The notes under the pieces: generated by a model | What the model saw: the letters and a program-made list of their open reading frames with translations, nothing else | What the model was told of the DNA's origin: nothing | Database searches by the model: none | In this document: piece after piece, positions 50,838-64,000 of the stretch | Position numbering within the stretch: position 1 is the stretch's first letter | Layout of the letters: every line of letters starts with the position of its first letter | NCBI GenBank assembly: GCA_964016885.1 | Contig: OZ024741.1 | Location: 162,378,001-162,442,000, forward strand | Reading direction: 5' to 3' | Length of the DNA stretch: 64,000 bases | Origin: Eledone cirrhosa | Lineage: Eukaryota | Translations under genes and position numbers: made by a program

Positions 50838-51790
50838 ATAGTATAAGGAATGTTACAAAACACCATATAAGGTATGAGATAGAACACTGTATAATATGAT
50901 AATACACCATATAAGGAATGTGGTAGAACACCATATAAGGTAAGTGTTAGAAGAAGGTAAGTGATAGAACAGAGTATAATGTGATAACACACCATATAGG
51001 GAATGTTACAAAACACCATATAAGGAATGTGAGAGAACACTGTATAATGTGATAACATACCATATAAGGAATGTGAGAGAACACTGTATAATGTGATAAC
51101 ATACCATATAAGGAATGTGAGAGAACACTGTATAATGTGATAACATACCATATAAGGAATGTGAGAGAACACTGTATAATGTGATAACATACCATATAAG
51201 GAATGTGAGAGAACACTATATAATGTGATAACATACCATATAAGGAATGTGAGAGAACTCTGTATAATGTGATAACATTCCATATAAGGAATGTGAGAGA
51301 ATGCTGCATAATGTGATAACATACCATAAAAGGAATGTTACAGAACACTGTATAATGTGATAACATACCATATAAGGAATGTCACAGAACACTGTATAAT
51401 GTGATCACATACCATATAAGGAATGTGAGAGAACTCTGTATAATGTGATAACACTCCATATAAGGAATGTGAGAGAATGCTGCATAATGTGATAACATAC
51501 CATATAAGGGAATGTTACAGAACACTATATAATGTGATAACATACCATATAAGGAATGTTACAGAACACTGTATAATGTGATAACATACCATATAAGGAA
51601 TGTCACAAAACACTGTATAATGTGATCACATACCATATAAGGAATGTTACAGAACACTGTATAATGTGATAACATACCATATAAGGAATGTGAGAAAACG
51701 CTGTATAATGTGGTAACATACCATATAAGGGAATGTTACAGAACACTGTATAATGTAATAACATACCATATAAGGAGTGTGAGAGAACAC
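50838..51790. repeat. 44-bp minisatellite (~21 units)
   Basis: Unit AACACTGTATAATGTGATAACATACCATATAAGGAATGTGAGAG, with degenerate edges. Confidence 0.95.
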
Positions 51791-52418
51791 CCTCTATGTA
51801 TAATATGATAAAACACAGTATGATGTGGTAAACACTCTAACAAACATGGTAAGCACTAATGTGATATAACACTATAACAAATGTGATAAACAAGATGTCT
51901 ATGATATAGAGAAAGACATGTAATATGTTCTATATCTAAGATCTGACTACATCATGTCAGTGCTGATATCATTACATTCAGTGGTTTCTGCAGAGTTCTA
52001 TCCTCAAATACATGATATTAACATTTATACACAAGTGAATTTTAGCAAATTGAAAAGAAGTCAACAACACAGTTTCCATGCTATTACAACCTGCTGGAAA
52101 TAGCAGCCACATCTTCCTGAAATCAAACCCTATCATCATTGAATAATGTAGCTGCTTTTATATATAGATATATAATCATCATCAACGTCAATTTTTCCAT
52201 GTTAGCATGGGTTAGATGAGTTATTCCGTTGTGAGACAAGTCAGATTAGATGATCATGTCTTGCTCATATAGAACTGTTTCTGGTTTGATTTCTATGGCT
52301 GGATGCCCTTCCTAATGCCAACCACATTTACAGCATGGACTGGGTGCTTTTTATCGTGACACCAAATTGCCCAACTGACAGGCTGGACAAGGTGCCTTTT
52401 TTGTGTATATATAAATAA

Positions 52419-52453
<35 letters not shown>

Positions 52454-52939
52454 GGTTGGTCAAAGCTGGAATGTTTTGACCAAAGATATTAGAGTTTACC
52501 TAGAGCTAAAGAACAACAACCAAAATGAAAAGCACAGGCATAGTTAGCTGAACTAGGAGCTGCACTACAGTATTAATTGGTTTGCCTGATTCTATGCAGT
52601 GATAAACCAAATGAGAGGAAGTTGGCATTTAAAAAAAAAATCTAATATCACGAGAACAAAAGTTTATAAGTTGTTAACTAATCCTGTTCACACACAGACA
52701 TATAGGAAGAAAGTAGGAGAGCAGCAAACAAACAGCAATGAATGTTGTAATACTAGGTCTCTTTTGAGAGTTGGGAAACCAACATAGCTGAACGTTAAAA
52801 AGTTTGATTTTTTTAACAATTTATTTATTTATTGAATAATAATATAGATGCAGGCATGGCTGTGTACCTTGACTCATGCTTTCTGAGTAAAATTTAGTAG
52901 ATAGATATTGTATGGAAGCCTGCTACATGTATGTATGTC

Positions 52940-53485
52940 GGGTCACTCTTGAGTGCTACTGGTAACATACAACCCAGTACAACCTGTCGCATGGTCGGGT
53001 CGTCAGCGACTAAACTGGCAACCCCACCAAGTTTACTTGGTGAGGAGGGCGATTTTGGACACCCTGCAGGACAAACAACAAAACCTGACAAAGGGTGAAA
53101 GACCTCATAAGAGTCAACGGCCATCTAAAAGTGTGTAAATATGTATATACACTTGTATCGCGCAGTTAAACCACTGGGAGTGAAGTACCCCTAGCCTTTC
53201 TCAGGGCATTCTTCTAGGAAAAGGCAACTCAGGAAACTGGGATAACTCCTATATAAAACCTGCGGTTCAGTAGTTACCGATGATGTTGATCTTTTCTTCT
53301 TTTCAGGTTATAGCTACTGTCGCTCAGAGAGTGGGATTGGCTCAGTGCACAGTCTTTCCTCACTTTAAAAAATATCTTCACGCACAGGCATTGCACGATA
53401 GAATTAATTAATAATTATTAATAATGGTATATCATGCAATGGCCATACTCGATAACGAGGGGGCAGCCATCATGTATGTATGTAT
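52940..53485 (+). mobile_element. ~550-bp non-coding retroelement with a candidate 5' HDV-like ribozyme, flanked by CATGTATGTATGT
   Basis: The same CATGTATGTATGT sequence lies on both sides (52926-52938 and ~53472-53484); GC-rich structured 5' end; no ORF. Confidence 0.55.
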
Positions 53486-55357
53486 AGATTTCGTCTACAG
53501 ATTGATTTTTCTCAGTTTCAGAAGATCCTGGAAAAGGGTGAGAGTAACGATTCTTTGCTTAAACTTTAATCTGTACTAATAAATAAATAAATGAATAAAT
53601 AAATATATATATATCCTTTACCTTTCCTATGGAAACACTTCATATATATATATATTGGGACCTTGGTTCACTAACAGTTTTTCCGAACATAAAACATCTC
53701 AGTTCATGAACGGTGTCTTGTGTAATGAACATGCAAACTGGCAACAAAGGTTGGCAACAAGCTTGGAGTACGGGAAAGGTCTACTGGATAAATGATAATA
53801 AATAAATTTATTTAGAGATTCTGACCAAACTCTTAGGACATAGACTTAGGAAGTATATCCTGTTATCAGTAATACTTGTGATGTGTCCTTGACAGCTTTT
53901 CAATGGCTCATTCCTCCTCACTACTACAGCATATGCTTCAATATAAAGTGAGATTTATAGTTTTGAAAAAAATCTGTGTTGGTGAGCAGGACTTTGAAAA
54001 CTTTTTGTATAAGGATTTGAAAATGAATTGCACCTTCCTTTTAAGAAAGATAGAAAAAAAACTACTTTATATTCAAGTGTAATTTAGTAAAAAACCAGTG
54101 AGCCTCAAGTAGGCCTGCTACAATTTCATAGTGCTAAACAAATCAGATAAATCTTTCCTCATATAAGATGTTACAGTCCAATGTTATATTGCAAAAAAAC
54201 TTTATATGAACACACAATGCAATGCTTCCTATGAATTTAAACCCAAAACTTCCAAGCTGGTGATGCAATACTCAGTTTGAAAGAGACATGATAAAGGGAG
54301 CCTCATGATGTCCACTCAACCTGCTAAAATAAACAGATACCCTGATATCACATTCTACTGCCTGTAAAAAAATGAGGGCACATTGGATAATATAGATTTA
54401 GATTCACTTGCTTCAATAAAAGACAGGATGATCATGGTTGGAACAAATATAAAGACTGTTGTAAAATATTTAATCTTATATAGACTTATAACAGATTTGT
54501 TTTACATCATCATCATCATTTTACGTTCGCTTTTCACTGCTTGCATGGGTGGGATGGGAACTGATTCTGGCTTGATTTCTACAGCTGGATGCCCTTCCTA
54601 ACACCAACCTCATTTACAGTGAGTGCTGGGTGCTTTTTTTCTGTGGCACATCCACAACCACTTTGCAGTGGAATGATAGGGACCACAGTCCTATCATCTC
54701 ATTTCTACAGCTGAGTAAACTGGAGCAATGTGGAATAAAGTGTCTTGCTCAAGGAAACAACACATCACCCAGTCTGAGAATTGAACTCACAACCTTTCGA
54801 TTGCAAGCTCAATGCTCTAACCACTAAGCCATGTGCCTCCACATATATATATAAAACACACACATGTATGTAAGTTGATTTCATTTTCTTACTACATAGC
54901 TACTGTGTTTCAGCAAAGCCAGTGTTTCTTAAGTGCACACTTTTTCTCTCTCTATATATATATTCTGTATTCCATCACTGTTTTAAAACAAGTAGCAGTT
55001 GTTATCAAGAAAACAATCACAATATGCTATTCTTAGTTTGACACTTGTCAACTATTTCAACACATCTATACTATACTGTGACACTTGATTCTAAAAATGT
55101 AGGTCATTTCACTACTGCCAGATAATACTATACCTATACACCTTCAGTACATTACATGTAATATCAATCATAATATTTACCAAATGTGTTTCTATATTTA
55201 CATATTAGTCTGTACCTTTTCCAAATTTACACACAATACATTTCTATATCACTCATGTTGCTACAATAACCAACCATAACAATATGCTCTATTTATATAT
55301 ATCTCCAACATAGATAATGCATTTCTTATATAGGTCATTTCTATATCACTCATGTTG

Positions 55358-55415
<58 letters not shown>

Positions 55416-55899
55416 TTGACATATCGACCCTGGACTCCAAAAATGAAATATGTTCAATGCTAATGCTGTCATTATTAATGGCACTAATCCTCTAGTTTTA
55501 TAGAGAGAGGATACATTCCTAACTCTTACTGATAATCAGGACAGTACAAACTAGTCATTAAATATTTTAGTTCCACCCAGCCACTCTCATCTACTGCAGG
55601 ACAATGTTTCAGCAACAACACTGTTTTTAGCAAAACAGTGCATAATAAATACAATTTATGCACAGATTACAGATGTATACTTGTTCATGTAGTTTACAAT
55701 AGAAGAGAATAACAGAACTAGAACCTGGTTTAAGTTACTATCTTAGTAACGAAATAATCAATAATTTTAGAAAGCCCCACCAAATTCTTCATTAATTAAA
55801 TGAAATACTATGTATTTCATTAGAAATAAACTAGTGAAGAAAGTTAAGTAAACAGAAGAGTATTGAACCAGGTGGTTTTCTCTAAATCACAAGGCAGAA

Positions 55900-57425
55900 G
55901 TGGTAGTGCTGGTACCACAATAAGATGCATTCAGTACACTCTGTAACGTGGTAGTGCTGGTACCACAATAAGATGTACCCAGTAAAACTCTATAAAGTGG
56001 TAGTGCTGGTACCACAATAAGATGTACCCAGTAAAACTCTATAAAGTGGTAGTGCTGGTACCACAATAAGATGTACCCAGTAAAACTCTATAAAGTGGTA
56101 GTGCTGGTACCACAATAAGATGTACCCAGTAAAACTCTATAAAGTGGTAGTGCTGGTACCACAATAAGATGTACCCAGTAAAACTCTATAAAGTGGTAGT
56201 GCTGGTACCACAATAAGATGTACCCAGTAAAACTCTATAAAGTGGTAGTGCTGGTACCACAATAAGATGTACCCAGTAAAACTCTATAAAGTGGTAGTGC
56301 TGGTACCACAATAAGATGTACCCAGTAAAACTCTATAAAGTGGTAGTGCTGGTACCACAATAAGATGTACCCAGTAAAACTCTATAAAGTGGTAGTGCTG
56401 GTACCACAATAAGATGTACCCAGTAAAACTCTATAAAGTGGTAGTGCTGGTACCACAATAAGATGTACCCAGTAAAACTCTATAAAGTGGTAGTGCTGGT
56501 ACCACAATAAGATGTACCCAGTAAAACTCTATAAAGTGGTAGTGCTGGTACCACAATAAGATGTACCCAGTAAAACTCTATAAAGTGGTAGTGCTGGTAC
56601 CACAATAAGATGTACCCAGTAAAACTCTATAAAGTGGTAGTGCTGGTACCACAATAAGATGTACCCAGTAAAACTCTATAAAGTGGTAGTGCTGGTACCA
56701 CAATAAGATGTACCCAGTAAAACTCTATAAAGTGGTAGTGCTGGTACCACAATAAGATGTACCCAGTAAAACTCTAAAGTGGTAGTGCTGGTACCACAAT
56801 AAGATGTACCCAGTAAAACTCTATAAAGTGGTAGTGCTGGTACCACAATAAGATGTACCCAGTAAAACTCTATAAAGTGGTAGTGCTGGTACCACAATAA
56901 GATGTACCCAGTAAAACTCTATAAAGTGGTAGTGCTGGTACCACAATAAGATGTACCCAGTAAAACTCTATAAAGTGGTAGTGCTGGTACCACAATAAGA
57001 TGTACCCAGTAAAACTCTATAAAGTGGTAGTGCTGGTACCACAATAAGATGTACCCAGTAAAACTCTATAAAGTGGTAGTGCTGGTACCACAATAAGATG
57101 TACCCAGTAAAACTCTATAAAGTGGTAGTGCTGGTACCACAATAAGATGTACCCAGTAAAACTCTATAAAGTGGTAGTGCTGGTACCACAATAAGATGCA
57201 CTCAGTACACTCTGTAAAGTGGCAATGCTGGTGTCACAATAAGATGCACACAATACATTCTATAAAGTGGTAGTGCTGGTACAACAATAAGATGCATTCA
57301 GTACACTCTGTAACGTGGCAATGCTGGTGTCACAATAAGATGCACACAATACATTCTATAAAGTGGTAGTGCTTGTGTCACAATAAAATGCATTCAGTAC
57401 ACTCTGTAAAATGGAAGTGCTGGTG
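55900..57425. repeat. 49-bp minisatellite (~31 units, ~25 essentially identical) derived from a SINE body
   Basis: Unit GTGGTAGTGCTGGTACCACAATAAGATGTACCCAGTAAAACTCTATAAA; runs into SINE sequence aagtggttaacattaggaagggcatccagc. Confidence 0.97.
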
Positions 57426-58746
57426 CCATGAGCAAGCGCTCCCAGTGCACATTGCAAAAAGTGGTTAACATTAGGAAGGGCATCCAGCCATAGAACCTTT
57501 GCCAAAATATGGAATATATAAGAAAGACATGTTTCTCTGAACCATCTAGTTTTTGAACTGCAGAGGTCCATGCTGGCATCGAAAGCGGACATAAAATAAT
57601 TGTTTCTACGGTTGGCACACGGCCAGCAATTACCCAGGGCATAAAATAATGATGACGATGAACATACGCTTCCATAAATTAGAAGTATTAGTTACAAAAC
57701 AGAAGTTTCAGAAGTATTAGTTACAAAACAGTAAAACCGAAAAGTTAGCAAGTGCTTTTAAATAAATCACATTATAAGGTCTAAGCAAAAATTAAAAGAA
57801 TTATACAAGAAAAAAAAAATGAACAAGCAAAATAAAGAGCATTTGTCTATCTGCTGATGTGTGTTTATGTGGGTGAAGTAAAACAAGGACTTATGAATGA
57901 ATTCTTGATACATACAGTTCAAATCTGAATACAATTTATAAGACAAGTATAAAGAAAGAAAAAAGAACAAGCGACTTAGTTTTTTTATCTTTCTGTAATG
58001 TTTATTTAAAACCCTTTTGATACAAAACTGTGTTTTTATTTATCTAAGAACTCCTCATCGTAATTATATGTAAATACCTGTGTTATGTTATGTTCCAAAT
58101 GCAAACGTATTTAATACTAAATACTGCAAAATTCTTGAAAATGATTTAAAACTCATAGGCTATGTCTTTCATTAGAAATATGCTAATGAAAGGGTTAAAG
58201 AGCAAAAGAAAATATCAAAACATTGAGAAACCAAATATTGTAGACAATAGATATGGCAGTAAAGTTGATTATTGTATAAACAAATTAAGTCCAACAATGA
58301 AATATAAACAAAAGCCTGGTGACAAGAATCGAAGTGGGAATTAACCTTTTGGTACCAAACCTACCCCAAACCACCTCTGGTTCTATGAAATAAAACAACT
58401 TATTCACAGGGTTCCTATTTAAATAAAAGTCTTCCAAACATAAGGACCTTTTGATATGTTAAAAATACATCTTAATAATGAAATAATAATTTTACAAAGT
58501 CCTTCCAAATTTTACATTCAAATACATAGTATTTTATTAGAAATATACTAACAAAGAGTTTAAGTAACATAAAATAACATACAAACGATTTGAATTCAAT
58601 CCCACTGTATAGTACCTTGGGCAAGTCTACTACAACCTCAGGTTGACCAATGCCTTGTGAGTGAAATTATATAGATGGAAACTGTGTGGAAGCCTGTTGT
58701 GTATATGTGTGTGAGTGTATATATATATATATATATATACATATAT

Positions 58747-58926
58747 GTAAAAGGTAAACATAAATAACAACACAATCTGTACAGTATATGGAAGGAATAT
58801 ATTAAGTTAACGCTTGAAATAGCAGGAAGAGGGTCTTAACGTTTCGTGCGCTAGTCCTTCATCAGAAGAAAGAATGAGAAATTAGAAAGATTGAAGGGAC
58901 GGGTGGGGCGGAATCAGAAAAAATGT
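58747..58926 (-). mobile_element. Second copy of the ~180-bp hammerhead-bearing element (ribozyme 58834-58869)
   Basis: Reverse complement of 37956-38134, flanked on both sides by (TA)n. Confidence 0.75.
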
Positions 58927-58928
58927 TA

Positions 58929-58980
<52 letters not shown>

Positions 58981-58982
<2 letters not shown>

Positions 58983-59120
58983 GGGTGGACCAAAAGTCGC
59001 AATACATAGGAAAAATAATTATATTTTTAAGTTTCCACGTAGAGCATGTTATAAGAATAAATTGTTTCTTATAAAAACATAACTATTTTTCCTATGCATC
59101 GCGACTTTTGGTCCACCGTG
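58981..59120. mobile_element. Tc1/mariner-like MITE
   Basis: ~40-bp TIRs GGTGGACCAAAAGTCGC.AT.CATAGGAAAAATA, inserted in microsatellite. Confidence 0.8.
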
Positions 59121-60139
59121 CGCGCGCGTGTGTGTATGTATGTATAATGTGCACCCCCACCTATGTGTTTGTGTCTCATAGCAGTTTGACAAAAGGGTAC
59201 CAATAAAAGAAGTACTAGACTTGTAAAATAAGTATTGGGTTTGATGTGATCGATTAAATCTCTAATATTTTTGATACCTAACTACACAAAGCCAGTTCTG
59301 ATTCCACAATACAAAACTGTTTATTTTAAAGTGTTTTATATTTATTTAAAGACCTTTCATTATAAATTCATGTAAGAACGTTGTTGTTCCAAATGCCAAC
59401 ATAATAATGAAAAAGTCAGTTATATCAGTAAATAACACTAAATTCTTGATTATATTCAAAATTATTTGAAAACCATAGGCAGTGTCTTTCATTATATATA
59501 TGGTAATGAAAGGCTGGTGCCCCAATCTGGATGCAGTCTAATGATTGAAACCAGTAAAAGAAAATAAAAGAATAAAAAAAATGAAAGGTGATTATTTAGT
59601 GCAATATTAACGATTTCTATAATATATATGCAAAAAAGTAGTATAAAATTAACAAAAACGTTTTTACTTTTAAATTCACAATTCTTTAAAACAGAAGAAA
59701 AAAAATGTATACCCATCAAAGAATCAGCTATACTATATTTAAATACTAATATAATTATGAAGAGTTGCAATTATTATTTTCCAAGAAATTATTCACCGAT
59801 TGAATCATCTCATTCCTGAACATCAGGTAATACTGTTAATACACACATATATATATATATATGAGTTTGCAACATTTTCTTACTGCTTTATCAGAGAGTG
59901 AAGGTTGTGCACATAATCATTTTCATGGTCTTCAGGTTTGGTGGGAGGAGGAAGGTATTGCCAAACTGGATACCTTGTCTGAATGTTTGCAACAGTGCCT
60001 TTAACAGTGGCTCTACTAAAGGTACCCAAGTGTCAGGTGGTAAAGTTTGAACTGATTGATGGATTAAGTTTACTACTGAAGGAAGTTATGAGATTTTCAC
60101 ACAGCATAAAGACAATACTTTTTCTTCAATGCTCTAACA

Positions 60140-60321
60140 CAGTGCTTCCCAAAGTGGGTTTTGCAGAACTCAAGGGTTCTGCAAATGAGTGTCTAGGGTT
60201 CCATGAAAAAAGGTAGAGGAGTATATTTATATTATGACCATACAACAGTATTAGACTTTGGGATTCCCCAAATTTCTGAAACAAAAAGGGTTCCACATTT
60301 TAAAAAGTTTGGGAAACCCTG
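60140..60321. mobile_element. hAT-like MITE
   Basis: TIRs CAGTGCTTCCCAAA / TTTGGGAAACCCTG; flanks share tctaaca (imperfect TSD). Confidence 0.7.
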
Positions 60322-63300
60322 CTTCTAACAATTTAATCAATTCACCAACCTGGGCTGGTTATTTTTTTTACCACCCCAATAGGATGAATAGCAAAGTTGA
60401 GTTTGGTGGGATTTAAATGCAGAGTGCACAGAGCCAGAACAAATACCACAATGCATTTTGTCCTCAGTTCTAATGACTATGTCAATTCATGCAATTAATC
60501 AGCATTTTATTAAGAACTAATGTTTCTCTAGCTAGAATTTAGCCAACTGCTAACAGGGTTCATTATTAACAAGGCAAGTGGAAAGAGGAGGTCACAGAGT
60601 TGAAAAGTAGATAATAAATGAACAAATGAATTATGCAATAGATTACACACACACACACACATAAATTAAATGTGTGTGTGTGTGCGTGTTTGTGTGCATG
60701 TGTGTTTGCATGCATATGTGACTAATTTTGCCAAACAGGAAGTTCTCAAAGTTATGAATCTCTCAACTTGGCTAGAGCTATAATCACACTAATAATCTCT
60801 GTGATATGAATTTTAAAAGTTGAACATCAGCAATAGTGACCTTCAAATCTATTATCATTATTTCATATTTTTTATGTCCTTCAAATCTATTATCATCATC
60901 ATTTCATAATTTTTATGTCCATATTTTTTGAGGCAGTTTTTCTACATGTGAATACCATTCCTGATGTCAACTTATACTTCATTTATAAGTATGGTATGTA
61001 CCACTCATATTTGTCATACCACTAAATTGCAGGTCATAAACAGATGTCACCAGCTGCTTTAACCCTTCAGAATTTACATTACTCTATATTTACTATTGTA
61101 TATTCATTGTAAAGGCTTTATTTCACATAATTACCTCACATAATCTCGAATCTACGAGATTTTGATGATATTATTGTTTATTTTAAGAATGATGTCGTAA
61201 TGTCATGTGAGCTGCTGATTATGGACAGTTTCTAGAAGGGGAAAGAATTCTGTCCAGATACAGCCAGTTTAAATGTTAAAGGGTTAAGCATTGTTGATAT
61301 GAAGATGCAAGAGGTAAACTGACATACATACACCTTAACAGTTTTTGCCTCCCAAATTTATTGAGAAGGCATTAGTTGAACCAGGACTATATATAGTAAA
61401 AAACATTTTCTCAAGGTGCTTCAGAACAGGATTGAACTCAGAATCACAAATCTAGTGGTTGTAAAGAGAAATTTTCCAGCACACTGTAAAGTGGCTGGTG
61501 ATAGCAAGGGCATCCAGTCATAGAAAACCTGCCAAACAAAAGGTTGGGGAACTGTTAAACAGTGTCAAAGACATGACAACTTCCCTAGTGTATGGTCACA
61601 ATAAAATGTACATGATAGAGTGCAGGATCATATGTAAGCAAGATGTTGACTCCCAGCCAGTCTGAGCAATTGTTAAAGTACGGGAACAGATGTAAGCGGG
61701 ATAGGGATCCCCAACACTCCAAACGCTAGGTAGTGTGTGGGAGTGAGATGCAGGCCCCTGGACAATCTGTGAGGCTGATAGCTTTGCTTGATACTAACTT
61801 GGTCTGTAATGACCAGTCCAATCCTTGATAGCAGGAAAAAAAAAAAAAAAAAAAAAAAAAATCGAAATCAAATGATGATGATGCAATGAGAAAGATATGC
61901 AAATATGGAGGTGAAAAGTTATACATACCAAGTGTATATTAGTGTATATGTATTCATATCGTGTATTTGTTCAGAAAAGTTTCATGCATAGATATTTTGA
62001 TAGCAACTCAGTTGAGACTGACCCTCATTCTACGATACAAAACTACACATTTTAAAGTATTTTATTTAACCCTTTTGATACTAAACTGCCTGAAACCACT
62101 CCTAGTTCTAAGATATAAAGCTGTTTATTTTAAAGTGTAACTAAAACCCTTCTGTGATAATTTTATGAATCTTAAGTTATGTTTGAAACAGCATTTTAAT
62201 AATTTCAAAGCTTGTTATATTACTAAATCTGTCCAAGTTCTTGGTTATTTTAAAAACTATATATAGGCAGTGTCCTTCAATAAAAATATAGTAATGAAAG
62301 AGTTAAATTCAAACCCGCCGAAAATTTTACATAAAATTATGTTCCAAACTAAAATAATGTTTCGGAAATGGAGAAAATTAATTACTTTATAAAGTTCCTC
62401 CAAATTCTTAATTATTTAAAAAGTTAATTGAAACATACAGACAAAGTATTTCGTTAGAAATATGGCCACAAAAGGGTTAAATACTTAGAGATAGATAGTT
62501 GTTTGTTATTGAGAAATTTCTAGTGCATGAGGCAACAGTTTTGTGGCATGAAGAAGATAGGGCTCTCTGGAAGGCATGGCTGAGAACTGTCCTCAAAACC
62601 CTCACAGGAATAAGTTGTGTTGGGGGAGGAGGAGTAAACAATGACGAGAAGAAGATGAAGAAGGAGAAGATGAAGAAGGAGAAGGTGAAAAAAGAAGATG
62701 ATGAAAGACTATTTAGGGTGAAAAAAATAGTTTGCTACAAGATAGTTCAAATATATGGTTTTTCAATGTGTTTATGAACTGACATCAACAAGGAATTTTA
62801 CTTATGAAAAAAACCCCCCAAAACCAGTCATCCTAGGACTAATTTCAACCACCAACCAAAAATAATGGGAACAAGAAGAACTAACAAAGGAACCTCAGTT
62901 GCTCAATCAATTTGAAACAGCAGCCAGATTCACTCAAATCACACCCTGTTGTAATCCAAACTAAATAAAATAAAAAAAACAACAAAAACAAATGAACAAA
63001 TAAACAAAAAACTGGATGGTCATGGCTAGATTCTTTTCATTATAAGTATACTCAATCAGAACTGACTTGGTGTTTTTACCATTTCAATATGTTATGGTAT
63101 GGTATGTCCTGTAACTCCCGATAGAGTTGTAGGGGCGCTATATTGACATACAGCATTTCTTGGGCATTTTAAGACTGGTTGAGCCCATCCCCGAGGCCTG
63201 AGTACAGCAGATTTCTTTCAGAGAGAGGAAGAGTCAATCCCAGTACTAGACTGGTACCTTTTTTTTTATTGAACTCAAAAGAATGACGGACAAAGTTGAC

Positions 63301-64000
63301 CTTGAAGGGATTTGAACTCAAAGAGCAGAGAACCGGAAGGAATACCATAAAGCATTCTATCTGACATTCTAATGACTCTGCCAATTCACCGCCTCAATCA
63401 GAGCTGACCTAGGGATATATGACAGCAACAACAATGATTAAAATGGTTTAGATATTTCATGATGCAATAAGTTTCATGATTTGTTTTACAGTTTGAAATT
63501 AAATGCCATGTAGGCTAATTGAATTTCTATTATCTGTTATAAACCTATCATTAGAATTATTACTTTCATGGCTGTATTTCTAATGAGTAGACTGTGCATT
63601 GCGTGCGTATGTGACAATAGTAGGTTACATTTCTGCACCTAGATATCTGAAATTTTGCATAGAGACATACCTTTTCAAGGAAAAAGATCATGAGCTATAT
63701 AACATTTTCATTCTTTTTAGTTCCAGATAGAAAAATTAAGAAGGTTGCAACTTTCCAAGTATTGCGATAGACATTAGTAAAATAGTACTCACAAAAAGTA
63801 TCTCTGACTTAGTTTTCTTAACTCTTCCTTCTCTCATTCTTTTTTTCCGACTAATTAAGATCTCCTTCGGCCACAAATGACCAAGGGATTTATTTGCACC
63901 TATAAACTTCCCCTGTGAAGCACAAGTCTGGCCAAGGTTGTTTGAAGACCAGCAGTCGCCTATGCATACCAGTCTCCCCTCTTCACACCACTAATGTTGT

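Noticed and set aside
50738-51366. 194-aa and 139-aa repetitive ORFs
   Set aside because: Translation of a stop-free 44-bp minisatellite; no evidence of a gene.
55900-57425. CRISPR-like array
   Set aside because: Units are contiguous and identical with no unique spacers, there are no cas genes, and the context is a eukaryotic intron.
62499-62777. 92-aa lysine/glutamate-rich ORF
   Set aside because: Driven by a GAA/GAG low-complexity tract; no family motif.

Overview
AT-rich, repeat-dense eukaryotic genomic DNA. It is metazoan, and the SINE/LINE/MITE families and (TA)n tracts suggest an octopod cephalopod (inference). Two protein-coding genes lie on the minus strand. NIP7 is complete, with 5 coding exons and 180 aa (18189->2087). 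A G-alpha 12/13 gene shows only its last two exons (49255-49305, 40442-41011); the upstream exons probably lie beyond the window. The rest is mostly transposon-derived: tRNA/Meta-domain SINEs, SINEs with RTE-type (GAT)n tails, decayed RTE/CR1/CRE LINEs, piggyBac-, hAT- and Tc1-like MITEs, a pogo-like transposase remnant, a non-autonomous Helitron, two minisatellites (44 and 49 bp) and several long foldback repeats. The most interesting signal is a set of short non-coding elements beside microsatellites that carry self-cleaving ribozyme folds. These include minimal type I hammerheads of the Penelope/retrozyme kind at 26615-26656(-), 38012-38047(+) and 58834-58869(-), a variant at ~28797-28914, and an HDV-like fold at the exact 5' end of a ~550-bp element (52940-53018). 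All calls were made by eye. No database search or folding computation was run, and repeat boundaries are approximate.
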